25,334 nt of DNA, from positions 1-25,334 of the IMG/VR virus record IMGVR_UViG_3300042987_002695; one strand, 5' to 3'. The stretch is from a virus. Taxonomy: Duplodnaviria > Caudoviricetes. The position numbers were made by a program, and so were the translations under genes. Positions 1 through 8,795 of this stretch are shown here, piece after piece (position 1 is the first letter of the stretch; the number at the start of each line of letters is the position of its first letter). A model generated the notes under the pieces. That model did not search any database. It was not told where the DNA came from and saw only the letters and a program-made list of their open reading frames with translations.

Positions 1-206
1 CTACCATAAAGTTCTTGAGCGACTAATTCAGGTCTAGACCCATCTGGAATCTGATACTTATCAAAGACAGTGAAGACATTCTGCAAGTCGTCACGAAGTT
101 TAACTCTACGAAATAGATTCTTAACAAGCAAGTATTGATCAGAGGATTTTGAATCTGGTAAAAATGATTGATATTCTAGGTTAGGTAATTCGCGGAAGTA
201 TGTCAT
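1..206 (-). CDS. gp53: Baseplate wedge subunit gp53-like (5' part; runs off window start)
   Basis: Not in ORF track. Hand translation from ATG at 206: MTYFRELPNLEYQSFLPDSKSSDQYLLVKNLFRRVKLRDDLQNVFTVFDKYQIPDGSRPELVAQELYG, with the typical gp53 'YF..P...Y / NLFRR / Y.I.DG.RPE.VA..LYG' pattern. TAATG coupling to the gp48 stop. Confidence 0.85.
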   Translation of the reverse strand, partial: MTYFRELPNLEYQSFLPDSKSSDQYLLVKNLFRRVKLRDDLQNVFTVFDKYQIPDGSRPELVAQELYG

Positions 207-1102
207 TAGTATCCAACTCCTATATCTGTACTCTTGTAGTCTTCTGCATAAATTGGTGACAATTCTTGGAATTGTAAAGTCAATTGCATATGAACTGGAG
301 TTGCATCAGCATATGTTGCATATTGTCCAGATCCATTATAATTAACACTCATTTGTGTGAGAGCACATGGTTTAAAAGTATGCAAGAATGGATGTTGCCT
401 TCCTCCACTCATATATTCCAATTTAAAGACATTTGGTGCTGAAACAAAAAGACCACCACCATTTTGATCTGGTGTTCCTTTTTGAGGAGTCATGTTTTTT
501 TTAAAAGTTCTAATTATAGTTTTAATTACTGCAGATTCCTTATTGTCTCTTGGAACCATGTCAAATGTGAAATTAAATGCAGGGCGCATGGTGACTCCGT
601 TAAAAAGAATCTCCACATTTTCATTGAATACTTGTCCAGTTGCTCTTGAAATAATTTGATTGATATTTCCTTGTCCTAATGCTGCTTGAAGACCTGCTGC
701 AGCTGCGCCAGCTGCAACTGCTTGTTGGCCTTCTCCCGTAGACACTGCTTCACCAACTCTTTGAAAAAATTGTTTTCCAGAAGTCAATAATGATCCTACA
801 AAATTTGAACTTAAAATAGATTCAGCGGCCGCGGATCCTAAACTTGCTGCTATTGGATTCATAGTCCCAGATTGCCAATCAGCAGCGTTACTGTCTTGAA
901 TATTTGCTGGCATTGGCAAAATAATATTTGCCAAAGATTTTTTAATACTCTCTCTTTTTAAAGCGTCTTCAGTAGTTCCAAGAGCAAAACTACTAGGACT
1001 TTGCAGTCCTAGACCTGGAGGTTCATATTTAATCACCTGTATTTTAAAATAATCATCTTGCGGCCCAATATTACTAAGAGGATATCTTAATGTTTCTGCC
1101 AT
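206..1102 (-). CDS. gp48: Baseplate tail-tube cap gp48-like
   Basis: LRYP start, I.LPMP..IQD, N.N.E.LF.G...R.F.F.F...PR...E...I..II..FK, and P..F...Y / C.LT...VNY motifs. Sits next to gp53. Confidence 0.85.
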   Translation of the reverse strand: MAETLRYPLSNIGPQDDYFKIQVIKYEPPGLGLQSPSSFALGTTEDALKRESIKKSLANIILPMPANIQDSNAADWQSGTMNPIAASLGSAAAESILSSNFVGSLLTSGKQFFQRVGEAVSTGEGQQAVAAGAAAAGLQAALGQGNINQIISRATGQVFNENVEILFNGVTMRPAFNFTFDMVPRDNKESAVIKTIIRTFKKNMTPQKGTPDQNGGGLFVSAPNVFKLEYMSGGRQHPFLHTFKPCALTQMSVNYNGSGQYATYADATPVHMQLTLQFQELSPIYAEDYKSTDIGVGY

Positions 1103-1116
1103 TTACTTTTTCTAAC

Positions 1117-1123
1117 TATTTAT
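1117..1123 (-). promoter_or_regulatory. T4-type late promoter (ATAAATA) for gp48
   Basis: ATAAATA on the minus strand in the short intergenic gap upstream of the gp48 ATG. Confidence 0.55.
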
Positions 1124-1125
1124 TG

Positions 1126-1707
1126 TTAGTTTCTTACGATTTTTCCATAAGGGACTGATTTCAAAGTATTAAATTCTTGAGGAGTTAATTCATACAATCC
1201 ACTAACTAGTCGATCACCATCTGCAGTATTATACTGTCTTATTTTTCCCCAATGATAATTAAAAGCACGGAATCCTTTTGGTAAAATATCCCCAGCAATA
1301 ATCAAAGGATGGCGATCATAAAGTATTCCTGGAGTTCCTGCATAATAGATATAAGTATAATATTTACCAGGAACTGGAAAATTCCTTTTTGTATCACTTG
1401 CAATTGTTAATATTTCATCCATTAACTCTTCTGGTGACTCTGTTCCAAATAAAGATTCTTTAAACTTTGAGAATCTATTTCCTGTTCGATCAGTTCCTGG
1501 TAATTTAGGTGAATTTGGATTCGCACTCTTATAATCATGATCATTTCGAATTAAACTTATTAATTGAGTTTTGGTTAATCGTTGATAACCACTAATTCTA
1601 CCTTGACCAGTTGCTGTTGTATAATATATGCTATATTTTTCAGCAATTTCAACTAATTCTTTCTGTAAATATTGATCTAATGGTTTTTCGTATCCTGTGA
1701 GTGCCAT
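1126..1707 (-). CDS. gp2-like (DNA end protector family) protein with N-terminal extension
   Basis: C-half PGKYYTYIY...YDRHPLI...GF...NYHW resembles the gp2 core. Lies directly downstream of gp4. Confidence 0.6.
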   Translation of the reverse strand: MALTGYEKPLDQYLQKELVEIAEKYSIYYTTATGQGRISGYQRLTKTQLISLIRNDHDYKSANPNSPKLPGTDRTGNRFSKFKESLFGTESPEELMDEILTIASDTKRNFPVPGKYYTYIYYAGTPGILYDRHPLIIAGDILPKGFRAFNYHWGKIRQYNTADGDRLVSGLYELTPQEFNTLKSVPYGKIVRN

Positions 1708-1708
1708 T

Positions 1709-2146
1709 TTACTTTAAATTTAATTCGTGTTCTGTGATGATTTTGAACTCATATCCACGATCAGCACACCATTCTCGTGCTGCTTCCCACTTTGATTGGT
1801 TTTTAGCATACTCATAGACTTCACTGATATATCTTTTGGTTTGTCTTTGAGGTTTGACTGGAGGAACCGTTTGTTTTGATGGTTTAATCTCAATCATATA
1901 TTTTTTAATAGTACCATCAGACTCTTTTACTTTTATGAGAAAATCAGGGTAGTACCGGTGAATTTTCCCGTCCAATGGAGAACGGTAGGGAATTGCTTTT
2001 TCTTCAGATTGCCATTCAATTATTTTTTCATTTGTATCACAATAAATCATAAATTTACGTTCCCATAAAGATCTGTAGATAATATTACAAACATTTCCAC
2101 GATACTTTTCTGGATTTGATGGTTTAAATTTTCCTTTATATGACAT
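1709..2146 (-). CDS. gp4: Head completion nuclease gp4 (TnsA-like PD-(D/E)xK)
   Basis: YKGKFKP.NP.KY.G....I.YRSLWE, W.SEE..IPY, HRYYPDF, EIKP, N..KW.AA motifs. Confidence 0.92.
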   Translation of the reverse strand: MSYKGKFKPSNPEKYRGNVCNIIYRSLWERKFMIYCDTNEKIIEWQSEEKAIPYRSPLDGKIHRYYPDFLIKVKESDGTIKKYMIEIKPSKQTVPPVKPQRQTKRYISEVYEYAKNQSKWEAAREWCADRGYEFKIITEHELNLK

Positions 2147-2185
2147 CTAAATACTTACAACAAGAAACTCATAATAGGTATTTAG
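2147..2185. promoter_or_regulatory. Pair of late-promoter-like CTAAATA boxes serving the divergent operons
   Basis: CTAAATA on + at 2147-2153 and on - at 2179-2185, inside the 40-bp gap between divergent genes. Confidence 0.55.
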
Positions 2186-2186
2186 A

Positions 2187-2996
2187 GTGGCGCTACCACG
2201 CAGAATATCAGATATCAAACCATTATTCACCAACCTCGCACAAACTTCTCACTATGAGGTGAAGTTTGGTGGACTTCCTGGAGAACTGGTAAGTTATTTG
2301 AGACAAAGAGGAGTGACATCAAGGTTTATTGCCGAAGATGCTGGTTTACTCTGTCATAATGCAGTACTTCCAACAACACAACTTGCAACTGTAGATATTG
2401 CAGGCAACTATATTGGTATTACTGAAACTTTTGCCCATAGAAGAATCTATCAGGATATAAGTCTGGAATTTTATATCGACAATAATTATAATACATTAAA
2501 ATTCTTAGAGCATTGGATGGAGTTTATTGCAAGTGGATCTTCCAATCCAATCAATGGAAATAATCTAGCAATTAATAGTAATGTTGATCGAGGTTATTTC
2601 ATAAGAATGCAATACCCTGAATATTATAAGTCAAATAGAACAAGTATTATTAAATTTGATCGTGACTATAAAAGAGAAATAGAATATACCTTTGTTGGTT
2701 TATATCCATACAACATTGCATCTATACCAGTTTCTTATGGTCAATCTGATGTATTGAAGATGCAAGTAACATTTAAAATTGATCGTTATGTGATTGGAAA
2801 GTCTTATAGTGTAAATTATAATAGAAATAATGATAATAATAAACTCCCTTCTCAACCTCAACCTCAACCAGTTTCTCAACCAAAACCAAGATTGGTTCCA
2901 AGATCTCCTGGTTCTATACCTTCGAATGGAGTAGAACTATTTCCTTCTGGACAGACTTTAGCAGAATCTCTTTATGGATCTACAAATAATAGATAA
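2187..2996 (+). CDS. Tail-tube-fold protein (gp54 tube initiator / gp19-like)
   Basis: LLC....LP, R.Y..I.L.FY.D, F.E.W...I, and Y.F....P..I.......G motifs of the tube family. GTG start, Pro/Gln-rich tail, located between gp4 and gp26. Confidence 0.65.
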   Translation: MALPRRISDIKPLFTNLAQTSHYEVKFGGLPGELVSYLRQRGVTSRFIAEDAGLLCHNAVLPTTQLATVDIAGNYIGITETFAHRRIYQDISLEFYIDNNYNTLKFLEHWMEFIASGSSNPINGNNLAINSNVDRGYFIRMQYPEYYKSNRTSIIKFDRDYKREIEYTFVGLYPYNIASIPVSYGQSDVLKMQVTFKIDRYVIGKSYSVNYNRNNDNNKLPSQPQPQPVSQPKPRLVPRSPGSIPSNGVELFPSGQTLAESLYGSTNNR

Positions 2997-2999
2997 ATA
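2993..2999 (+). promoter_or_regulatory. T4-type late promoter (ATAAATA) for gp26
   Basis: ATAAATA overlapping the upstream stop, about 25 nt before ATG 3024. Confidence 0.55.
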
Positions 3000-3023
3000 A
3001 TTTGATCATATTTGTAATTGAAA

Positions 3024-3740
3024 ATGTTACCCAAAATTACAACTCCTTCTTATTCTTTAGAAATTCCATCCCTTAAGAAAGAAATTAAATATCGCCCATT
3101 TCTTGTAAAAGAGGAAAAAATTCTTATTATTGCAATGGAGAGTGAAGATCCAAAGCAAATTGCAAATGCTGTTAAAACTGTAATCAGCAATTGTATTTTA
3201 ACTAGAGGAATTAAGGTTGAGCAACTTGCAACTTTTGATATTGAATATCTATTTTTAAATATTCGTGGAAAGTCTGTTGGAGAAACAGTTGATGTATTAA
3301 TCACTTGCCCTGACGATGGACAAACTCAAGTTCCTGTAAGTATTAATCTTGACGATATTCAAATTAGCGTTAGTGAAAATCATTCAAGAGATATTAAACT
3401 TGACGATAATTTAACTTTGAGAATGAAATACCCATCAATGAATGAATTTATTAAATCTAATTTTGGAAATGAATTTAATATGAGTGTTGATGACACATTT
3501 AATCTTATCATTTCTTGTATGGAACAGGTATATAATGAAGAAGAGTCTTGGTCTGCATCTGATTGTACTCAAAAAGAGTTATCTGAGTTCATTGAACAAT
3601 TAAGTTCGAAACAATTTAAAGAAGTTGAAAAATTCTTTTCAACAATGCCTAAACTTTCACATACTATTAAAATTAAAAATCCAAACACAAAAGTTGAAAG
3701 TGAAGTCTTATTGGAAGGACTGTCAAGTTTTTTCGCCTAG
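3024..3740 (+). CDS. gp26: Baseplate hub assembly protein gp26-like
   Basis: MLPKI.TP.Y.L..PS....IKYRPFLVKEEK.L, FDIEY.FL..R.KSVGE, and C-terminal LEGL.SFF. ATG 3024 preferred over the TTG at 3018. Confidence 0.88.
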   Translation: MLPKITTPSYSLEIPSLKKEIKYRPFLVKEEKILIIAMESEDPKQIANAVKTVISNCILTRGIKVEQLATFDIEYLFLNIRGKSVGETVDVLITCPDDGQTQVPVSINLDDIQISVSENHSRDIKLDDNLTLRMKYPSMNEFIKSNFGNEFNMSVDDTFNLIISCMEQVYNEEESWSASDCTQKELSEFIEQLSSKQFKEVEKFFSTMPKLSHTIKIKNPNTKVESEVLLEGLSSFFA

Positions 3741-3742
3741 GA

Positions 3743-3916
3743 ATGGCTCATGAATCTCTTGAGTCATATTATAAGACAAACTTTTCTCTAGTTCAGCATC
3801 ATAAATACTCATTGACAGAGATAGAAAATATGTTACCTTGGGAGAGAGAAATTTATATTGCTCTTCTGAAACAATATATTGAAGAAGAAAACTTAAAGAA
3901 CCAATCAAATGGCTGA
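3743..3916 (+). CDS. gp51: gp51-like baseplate hub assembly catalyst (57 aa; possibly made as a frameshift extension of gp26)
   Basis: Below ORF-track cutoff. Hand translation MAHESLESYYKTNFSLVQHHKYSLTEIENMLPWEREIYIALLKQYIEEENLKNQSNG has the YY..NF.L..HHKYSL.E.E.M.PWER motif. Confidence 0.88.
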   Translation: MAHESLESYYKTNFSLVQHHKYSLTEIENMLPWEREIYIALLKQYIEEENLKNQSNG

Positions 3917-5585
3917 GTTAGATCCCGAAAAAGTTGGTAGATCTGGTGTCGATCCAGTTACGGGATCTCCTTTGTCTCAAGAAGTCCGAACTGCTCTTTT
4001 AAGAAAGTCTACTATTGATACATCAGTCTTTCAGAATATTGAAAATAGAAGGGCGCAAACTGACGCTCAAAATGCAGAATTATCTAGAGGACAAAATGAA
4101 GCTCTCTTAGGATTTAATTCAACGCTCCAAGCAATAAGAACAGATATTGTAAAGTTAGGGACTGGTCTTTCTGGTATTGCACTTCTTCTTCAACAAGATG
4201 CAACAGAAGATCAAAGCAAATTAAGAGTAGAACAGGAAAAAGAAAGAAGGTTAGCAGAGCGTCAAATTAGAATTGGAAAAGAGAGTGAAATAGAACAAAA
4301 AATTCAAAATGCAGTTGTTGAACCAGTACAAAGATTAGTTCCAAAAGTAAATGATATCTTTGGTAGAATTGGTGCAGCTCTTGGAATTTTATTTGGTGGA
4401 TGGTTAACAAATCAAACTGTTCAAGCAATAAAGGCATCTGAAGAGGGCAATACAAAATTATTCAATGAAATTCGATTTAATATTATTAAAAATGTTGGAA
4501 TAGCAGTTGGTGGATTATTTGCAATCAGAGCAGGATTTTCATTAATCAAAAAAACAATTGGTGGAATTGCTTCGGGTCTAACTAAACTTTTAATTGCAAA
4601 ACCTCTTGCACTTGCTGCATCGTTGATTCCTCGCCCTGGTGGTGGACCAAAACCAGGTGGACCAAAATCAGGTGGTCCAAAACCAGGTGGACCAAAATCA
4701 GGTGGTCCAAAACCAGGTGGAGGAGTTTTTAGTGGACTTGGAAAAGTTCTTACATTTCTTAGTTCAGCAATGAATGCTAAGAATAAAGAATATACTGATG
4801 CTGTGCTAGGAGCTCTAAGTTTATTTGCAAAAGCGCCAGGTCCCATTGGAATAGTTGCTAAAGTTGCAGGAGTTGCATTTACTTTAGATGAAATTGCGGA
4901 AGCTTTTGGTAAAAATATTTTTGGAGATGAGCGCGATAAAATTGTCAATGATGCTGCTGCAGCTGCAAAAAAAGAATTAGAAAAACTGAAAAAACCAACA
5001 TCTTCAAAACCAACATCTTCAAAACCAACATCTCCTCCTATATCTTCACCAAAACCAGAAACTTCAGTAGACCCACCAGCACCTCCGGTTGCACAACCTC
5101 AAACGCCAATGATGGGCGAACAAAAACCATCAACTCCTCCACCATCTCCAGACATGGAGAAAAAATTTGAACAAGCATGGCAATATCGTAATAACCCTAT
5201 GGCAAGAGGAAGAATTGAAGATGCTTGGAGTAAAATGACTCCGGATCAACAACAGCAAGCAAAAACCTGGGCATCATCAAAAGGATATGATTGGAGTGAA
5301 ATGAAGTTAAAAGATTCTGTCAATATGAATCAACCACCAAAAACTGAAAGTGCAGAAATAGCACCTGCACAAATGACAACACCTCCTAAGGAACCTCAAC
5401 AAGTTGGCCAATTGCCAGAACCAAAACCATCTTTGACAATGATTAAAACATCAAGTGCTCAACAGCAACAATCAAATCCCCCATTAACGAATGGTCCTTT
5501 GTCTGATGTTCCTTTAATTAACTCTGCAAATCCTGATAATTTTTATGTTTTATATTCGCAGTTAAATTATAATGTGGTGATGTGA
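3909..5585 (+). CDS. Probable tail length determinator / tape-measure-like virion protein
   Basis: Coiled-coil N-half, Gly/Ala-rich hydrophobic middle and Pro-rich C-half. Directly follows gp26/gp51. Called from composition and synteny only. Confidence 0.5.
   Translation: MAELDPEKVGRSGVDPVTGSPLSQEVRTALLRKSTIDTSVFQNIENRRAQTDAQNAELSRGQNEALLGFNSTLQAIRTDIVKLGTGLSGIALLLQQDATEDQSKLRVEQEKERRLAERQIRIGKESEIEQKIQNAVVEPVQRLVPKVNDIFGRIGAALGILFGGWLTNQTVQAIKASEEGNTKLFNEIRFNIIKNVGIAVGGLFAIRAGFSLIKKTIGGIASGLTKLLIAKPLALAASLIPRPGGGPKPGGPKSGGPKPGGPKSGGPKPGGGVFSGLGKVLTFLSSAMNAKNKEYTDAVLGALSLFAKAPGPIGIVAKVAGVAFTLDEIAEAFGKNIFGDERDKIVNDAAAAAKKELEKLKKPTSSKPTSSKPTSPPISSPKPETSVDPPAPPVAQPQTPMMGEQKPSTPPPSPDMEKKFEQAWQYRNNPMARGRIEDAWSKMTPDQQQQAKTWASSKGYDWSEMKLKDSVNMNQPPKTESAEIAPAQMTTPPKEPQQVGQLPEPKPSLTMIKTSSAQQQQSNPPLTNGPLSDVPLINSANPDNFYVLYSQLNYNVVM
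4641..4721 (+). repeat. 15-bp tandem repeat (GGPKP/GGPKS x5)
   Basis: Units ggtgg(a/t)ccaaaa(c/t)ca, alternating to give a 30-bp higher-order period. Confidence 0.95.
4991..5033 (+). repeat. 15-bp tandem repeat (KPTSS x~3)
   Basis: aaaaccaacatcttc repeated just under three times. Confidence 0.9.
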
Positions 5586-5586
5586 T

Positions 5587-7458
5587 ATGGCAGCAATATT
5601 AGAGTCTCTTCAAAGATCGTCTATTAATATTAAAAGTATTTCTCAGACTTTATTTGATACTAAAAAAAGCACTTCAGCAGTAAATGAATCCGTAGGAAAT
5701 ATTTCTAGAATTGTTGCTACAAATACTAGAGTTAAAAGACAGTTATTTGAAAGGTCTAATATTCTAAGTTCCAGGAGAGAAGAGGCATCTAAAAGGCAAG
5801 AACTTGAAGATCAAATTGAATCTACAAGAGTATCATCATCTCCAAAAGCAGGACTTTCTTTTTCATCAAGAAGTGAAAAAGGACCTCTAGAAAGATTGTT
5901 GGGATTTTTAGGATTTACATTTGCTGGATGGATTGTAGAAAATCTACCCACATGGATTTTCATGGGTCAAGAGTTCATATCTAGGATTAACTCTTTTGGA
6001 AGATCTATGTATACTATGGTCTATAATATGCAAAATATAATCAAATATTTTGGTGATACTTTAGGATATTCTTTAAACTCAATTCTTCGTTTAGACTTTG
6101 ATGAGTTTGCTGGAGAGGGAACTGTTGCAAGATCTTTTGAAGAATTAAATCTTGCAGTTCAAGACCTAGGAACTAATATTACAGACACTTTTAAACTTTT
6201 TACTACACCACTCACAGAATCATTAGAAACTGGTGAGCAAGCACCTGCACTTGATGAAGAAAGACCAGATACAATGTTTCCTGGAGTTCAACAAGAAACT
6301 GCAGGGTCTCCCATACCTTCTTATAGTGGACAAGAAACTACTGCTGGTGGAAAAGTTTTAAATCCGCAAGCAGCGTATGCGTATATCAGACAATTGGGAG
6401 TTTCTCATATACATGCTCTCGGTATTTTAGCAAATATCAAAGGAGAAAGTGAATTTAGAATTGATGCTGACGAGACTGGAAAAGGAACAGGTGGTATTGG
6501 GTTATTTCAATATACATTTCCTAGTAGAAAAAAAAGATTTTTACAAGCAGTTCCAGATTATAAAACTAATTGGAAAGCACAACTAGATTATGCTATAAAA
6601 AATGATGAGAATACTCCATTATATCTAAAAAAACAGTTTGGTACTCCAGAAGAAGCAGCTGATGATTTTATGAGAAACTGGGAAAATCCATCTAAAAGTG
6701 TTTACGCTGAAAGAAGAAGGAAACATAATGAGTTTATTAAATCGTTTAAACCTTCATCAGGACAACCACAAAAACCAACAGTTACTCCACAAACTCAAAC
6801 TCCCCAAATATCACCTCCACCATCCACTCCTGTAAATCCAATGATTGGTGATCGTCTTGGTGCGGGAAGAGGTCATGGTGGTGTTGATTTGCAAGTAAAG
6901 GAAGGAACATCATTAAGAGCAATTTCTGATGGTATTATTGTTGATTCTGATTATGAAAAAGGATGGGGAAACTTTTTGGTAATGAAAGATAATCTTGGAA
7001 TTTATCATTTATATGGACACATGCAGTCTGGTTATAAGCGTAGTGGATCTGTAAAAAAAGGTGAAGTAATAGGTAAAGTTGGAATGACTGGAAGAACTAC
7101 CGGACCACACTTACATTGGGAAACAGGAACTGGATGGAATGGTGGAGTAATAACTGGAAGATTTGATGCTCTTAATAAGTATAGTAGATTTGCACCATTT
7201 AATACTCAACCAGGTAAAGACACTAAAACAGAAACTCCTGCACAAATCTCAGCACAACCAAAACAATCGCAACCTGCTGCAATGACTCCTGAAAGAAAAG
7301 GATCGCAGGTTATGCTCATTGATGCTACTCAACCACAAGTTCCTCAAGCATCATATCCATCTCAACAACAACCTTCTATTACATCAATAGTAAGTGAATT
7401 TAAGATGTTAAATAATTTTATTAAGAATAAACTTCTAATCGACCTAGCATACCTATAA
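5587..7458 (+). CDS. Virion protein with phage-tail-lysozyme domain and M23 peptidase domain
   Basis: GILANIKGES...GIGLFQYT...AADDF...WE.P (phage tail lysozyme type). HGGVD...GWGN...LYGHM...G.VG.TGR.TGPHLHWE (M23 HxxxD/HxH). Confidence 0.85.
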   Translation: MAAILESLQRSSINIKSISQTLFDTKKSTSAVNESVGNISRIVATNTRVKRQLFERSNILSSRREEASKRQELEDQIESTRVSSSPKAGLSFSSRSEKGPLERLLGFLGFTFAGWIVENLPTWIFMGQEFISRINSFGRSMYTMVYNMQNIIKYFGDTLGYSLNSILRLDFDEFAGEGTVARSFEELNLAVQDLGTNITDTFKLFTTPLTESLETGEQAPALDEERPDTMFPGVQQETAGSPIPSYSGQETTAGGKVLNPQAAYAYIRQLGVSHIHALGILANIKGESEFRIDADETGKGTGGIGLFQYTFPSRKKRFLQAVPDYKTNWKAQLDYAIKNDENTPLYLKKQFGTPEEAADDFMRNWENPSKSVYAERRRKHNEFIKSFKPSSGQPQKPTVTPQTQTPQISPPPSTPVNPMIGDRLGAGRGHGGVDLQVKEGTSLRAISDGIIVDSDYEKGWGNFLVMKDNLGIYHLYGHMQSGYKRSGSVKKGEVIGKVGMTGRTTGPHLHWETGTGWNGGVITGRFDALNKYSRFAPFNTQPGKDTKTETPAQISAQPKQSQPAAMTPERKGSQVMLIDATQPQVPQASYPSQQQPSITSIVSEFKMLNNFIKNKLLIDLAYL

Positions 7459-8792
7459 TGTCAATTAAAAAGTCCTTATACGATGAATTAATTTTAGAAT
7501 CAAATGATAGATCCAGATCTGTTGGTCTTATAGGTGGTGCAATTCTCTTTGAATATTATGAAGATGTATTTTCTCCCACAATTACTGCAAAAATTAAAGT
7601 AGTTGATAATGGAAATGTGATTGCTCCACAAAATAATCCAGACGGGGATAAACAATCAATTTATAATGGATTACCTCTTAGAGGTGGAGAAAGACTTTCT
7701 TTAAAAATTGCAGGAAACTCTTCAACAAATCCTGGATTGGATTTTTCAAAAAGAGTAGAAGATTACTTTTATGTGTCTAGTATTACTGATGTAATCGCAG
7801 AATCAAATAGGGAAAGTTTTATATTACATTTAGTTTCAAGAGAGGCAATTACAAACGAAACCGTAAGAGTTGGTAAAAAATTTAAAGTTGATAATTCTAT
7901 CAATGATTCTGTAGAAAGTATTTTAAGAGATTACTTAAAGACTAATAAAATAGGAAAGATTGATAAATCTTCCAACAAATATGGATTTATTGGAAATTTA
8001 AGAAAACCCTTTACTATATTAGTTTGGTTAGCATCGAAAGGAGTTCCTGAAAAATCTGGAAGTGGAACCGCAGGATTTTTATTCTATCAAACACAAGATG
8101 GATTTCAATTTAGATCAATTGATGGTTTATTAGAACAAACACCTAAGGCAACATATACCTATACACAATCGCAAGATTCATATGATGATAAAGAAATGAA
8201 AGTAAACAATGATTTTAAAATCTTAAATTACCATGTTGAAAAAAATCAGAACTTAATTGAAAAACTAAAACTTGGTACTTATGCAAGTCATAGAATGTTT
8301 TTTAATCCACTAGACTTTTCATTCTCTAGTCCAGAAGAAGGTACATTTAAACTTGAAAACTATTCTGGAAAGACAAGTAATTTAGGTAGTCAAATAAAAC
8401 TTCCGCCATTATCTGAAGGATCTGATTTAACACTTGGAGATGTGCCAACAAGAATCATCACTGCAGTATATGATGTTGGAACAATGGATCCTTCAGTTTC
8501 AACAGAGATTAATTCTGATCAGACATTATATCAATCACAATCTTTAATGAGATATAATATCTTATTCACACAATCTTTGAATGTAATTGTACCATCAAAT
8601 ACAAATCTGAGAGCAGGGGATATTATTGAGTGTCAATTTCCAAAGATTACACAATCAGATGCAAAAGAATATGACACTGAAACTAGTGGACTATATATGA
8701 TTAAGGAATTGTGTCATCATTTTGATGTAAATAATTCATATACCTCTATGAAATTAGTAAGAGACACTTTTGGAATCAATAAGAAGGCATAA
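7458..8792 (+). CDS. Baseplate hub protein (gp27-like)
   Basis: YYED.FSP.IT, FLFYQT.DGF.F.SID.L, and LRAGD.I...SG.Y.I..L.H motifs of hub proteins. Immediately precedes gp5. Confidence 0.65.
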   Translation: MSIKKSLYDELILESNDRSRSVGLIGGAILFEYYEDVFSPTITAKIKVVDNGNVIAPQNNPDGDKQSIYNGLPLRGGERLSLKIAGNSSTNPGLDFSKRVEDYFYVSSITDVIAESNRESFILHLVSREAITNETVRVGKKFKVDNSINDSVESILRDYLKTNKIGKIDKSSNKYGFIGNLRKPFTILVWLASKGVPEKSGSGTAGFLFYQTQDGFQFRSIDGLLEQTPKATYTYTQSQDSYDDKEMKVNNDFKILNYHVEKNQNLIEKLKLGTYASHRMFFNPLDFSFSSPEEGTFKLENYSGKTSNLGSQIKLPPLSEGSDLTLGDVPTRIITAVYDVGTMDPSVSTEINSDQTLYQSQSLMRYNILFTQSLNVIVPSNTNLRAGDIIECQFPKITQSDAKEYDTETSGLYMIKELCHHFDVNNSYTSMKLVRDTFGINKKA

Positions 8793-8795
8793 TAA

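Noticed and set aside
3738-3745. Amber read-through or stop-codon reassignment at the gp26 TAG
   Set aside because: gp51 is in the -1 frame, not in frame with the TAG. Genes are intact under the standard code and no suppressor tRNA is present in the window.
3723-3908. 61-aa minus-strand ORF
   Set aside because: Antisense to the gp51-like ORF, which has the recognisable motif.
4421-4948. 175-aa minus-strand ORF with PPGFG repeats
   Set aside because: Antisense shadow of the GGPKP repeat region. The same applies to the other short antisense or out-of-frame ORFs inside long genes (e.g. 464, 3050, 9532, 10085, 12191, 14067, 15640, 18114, 20715, 22181, 22752).
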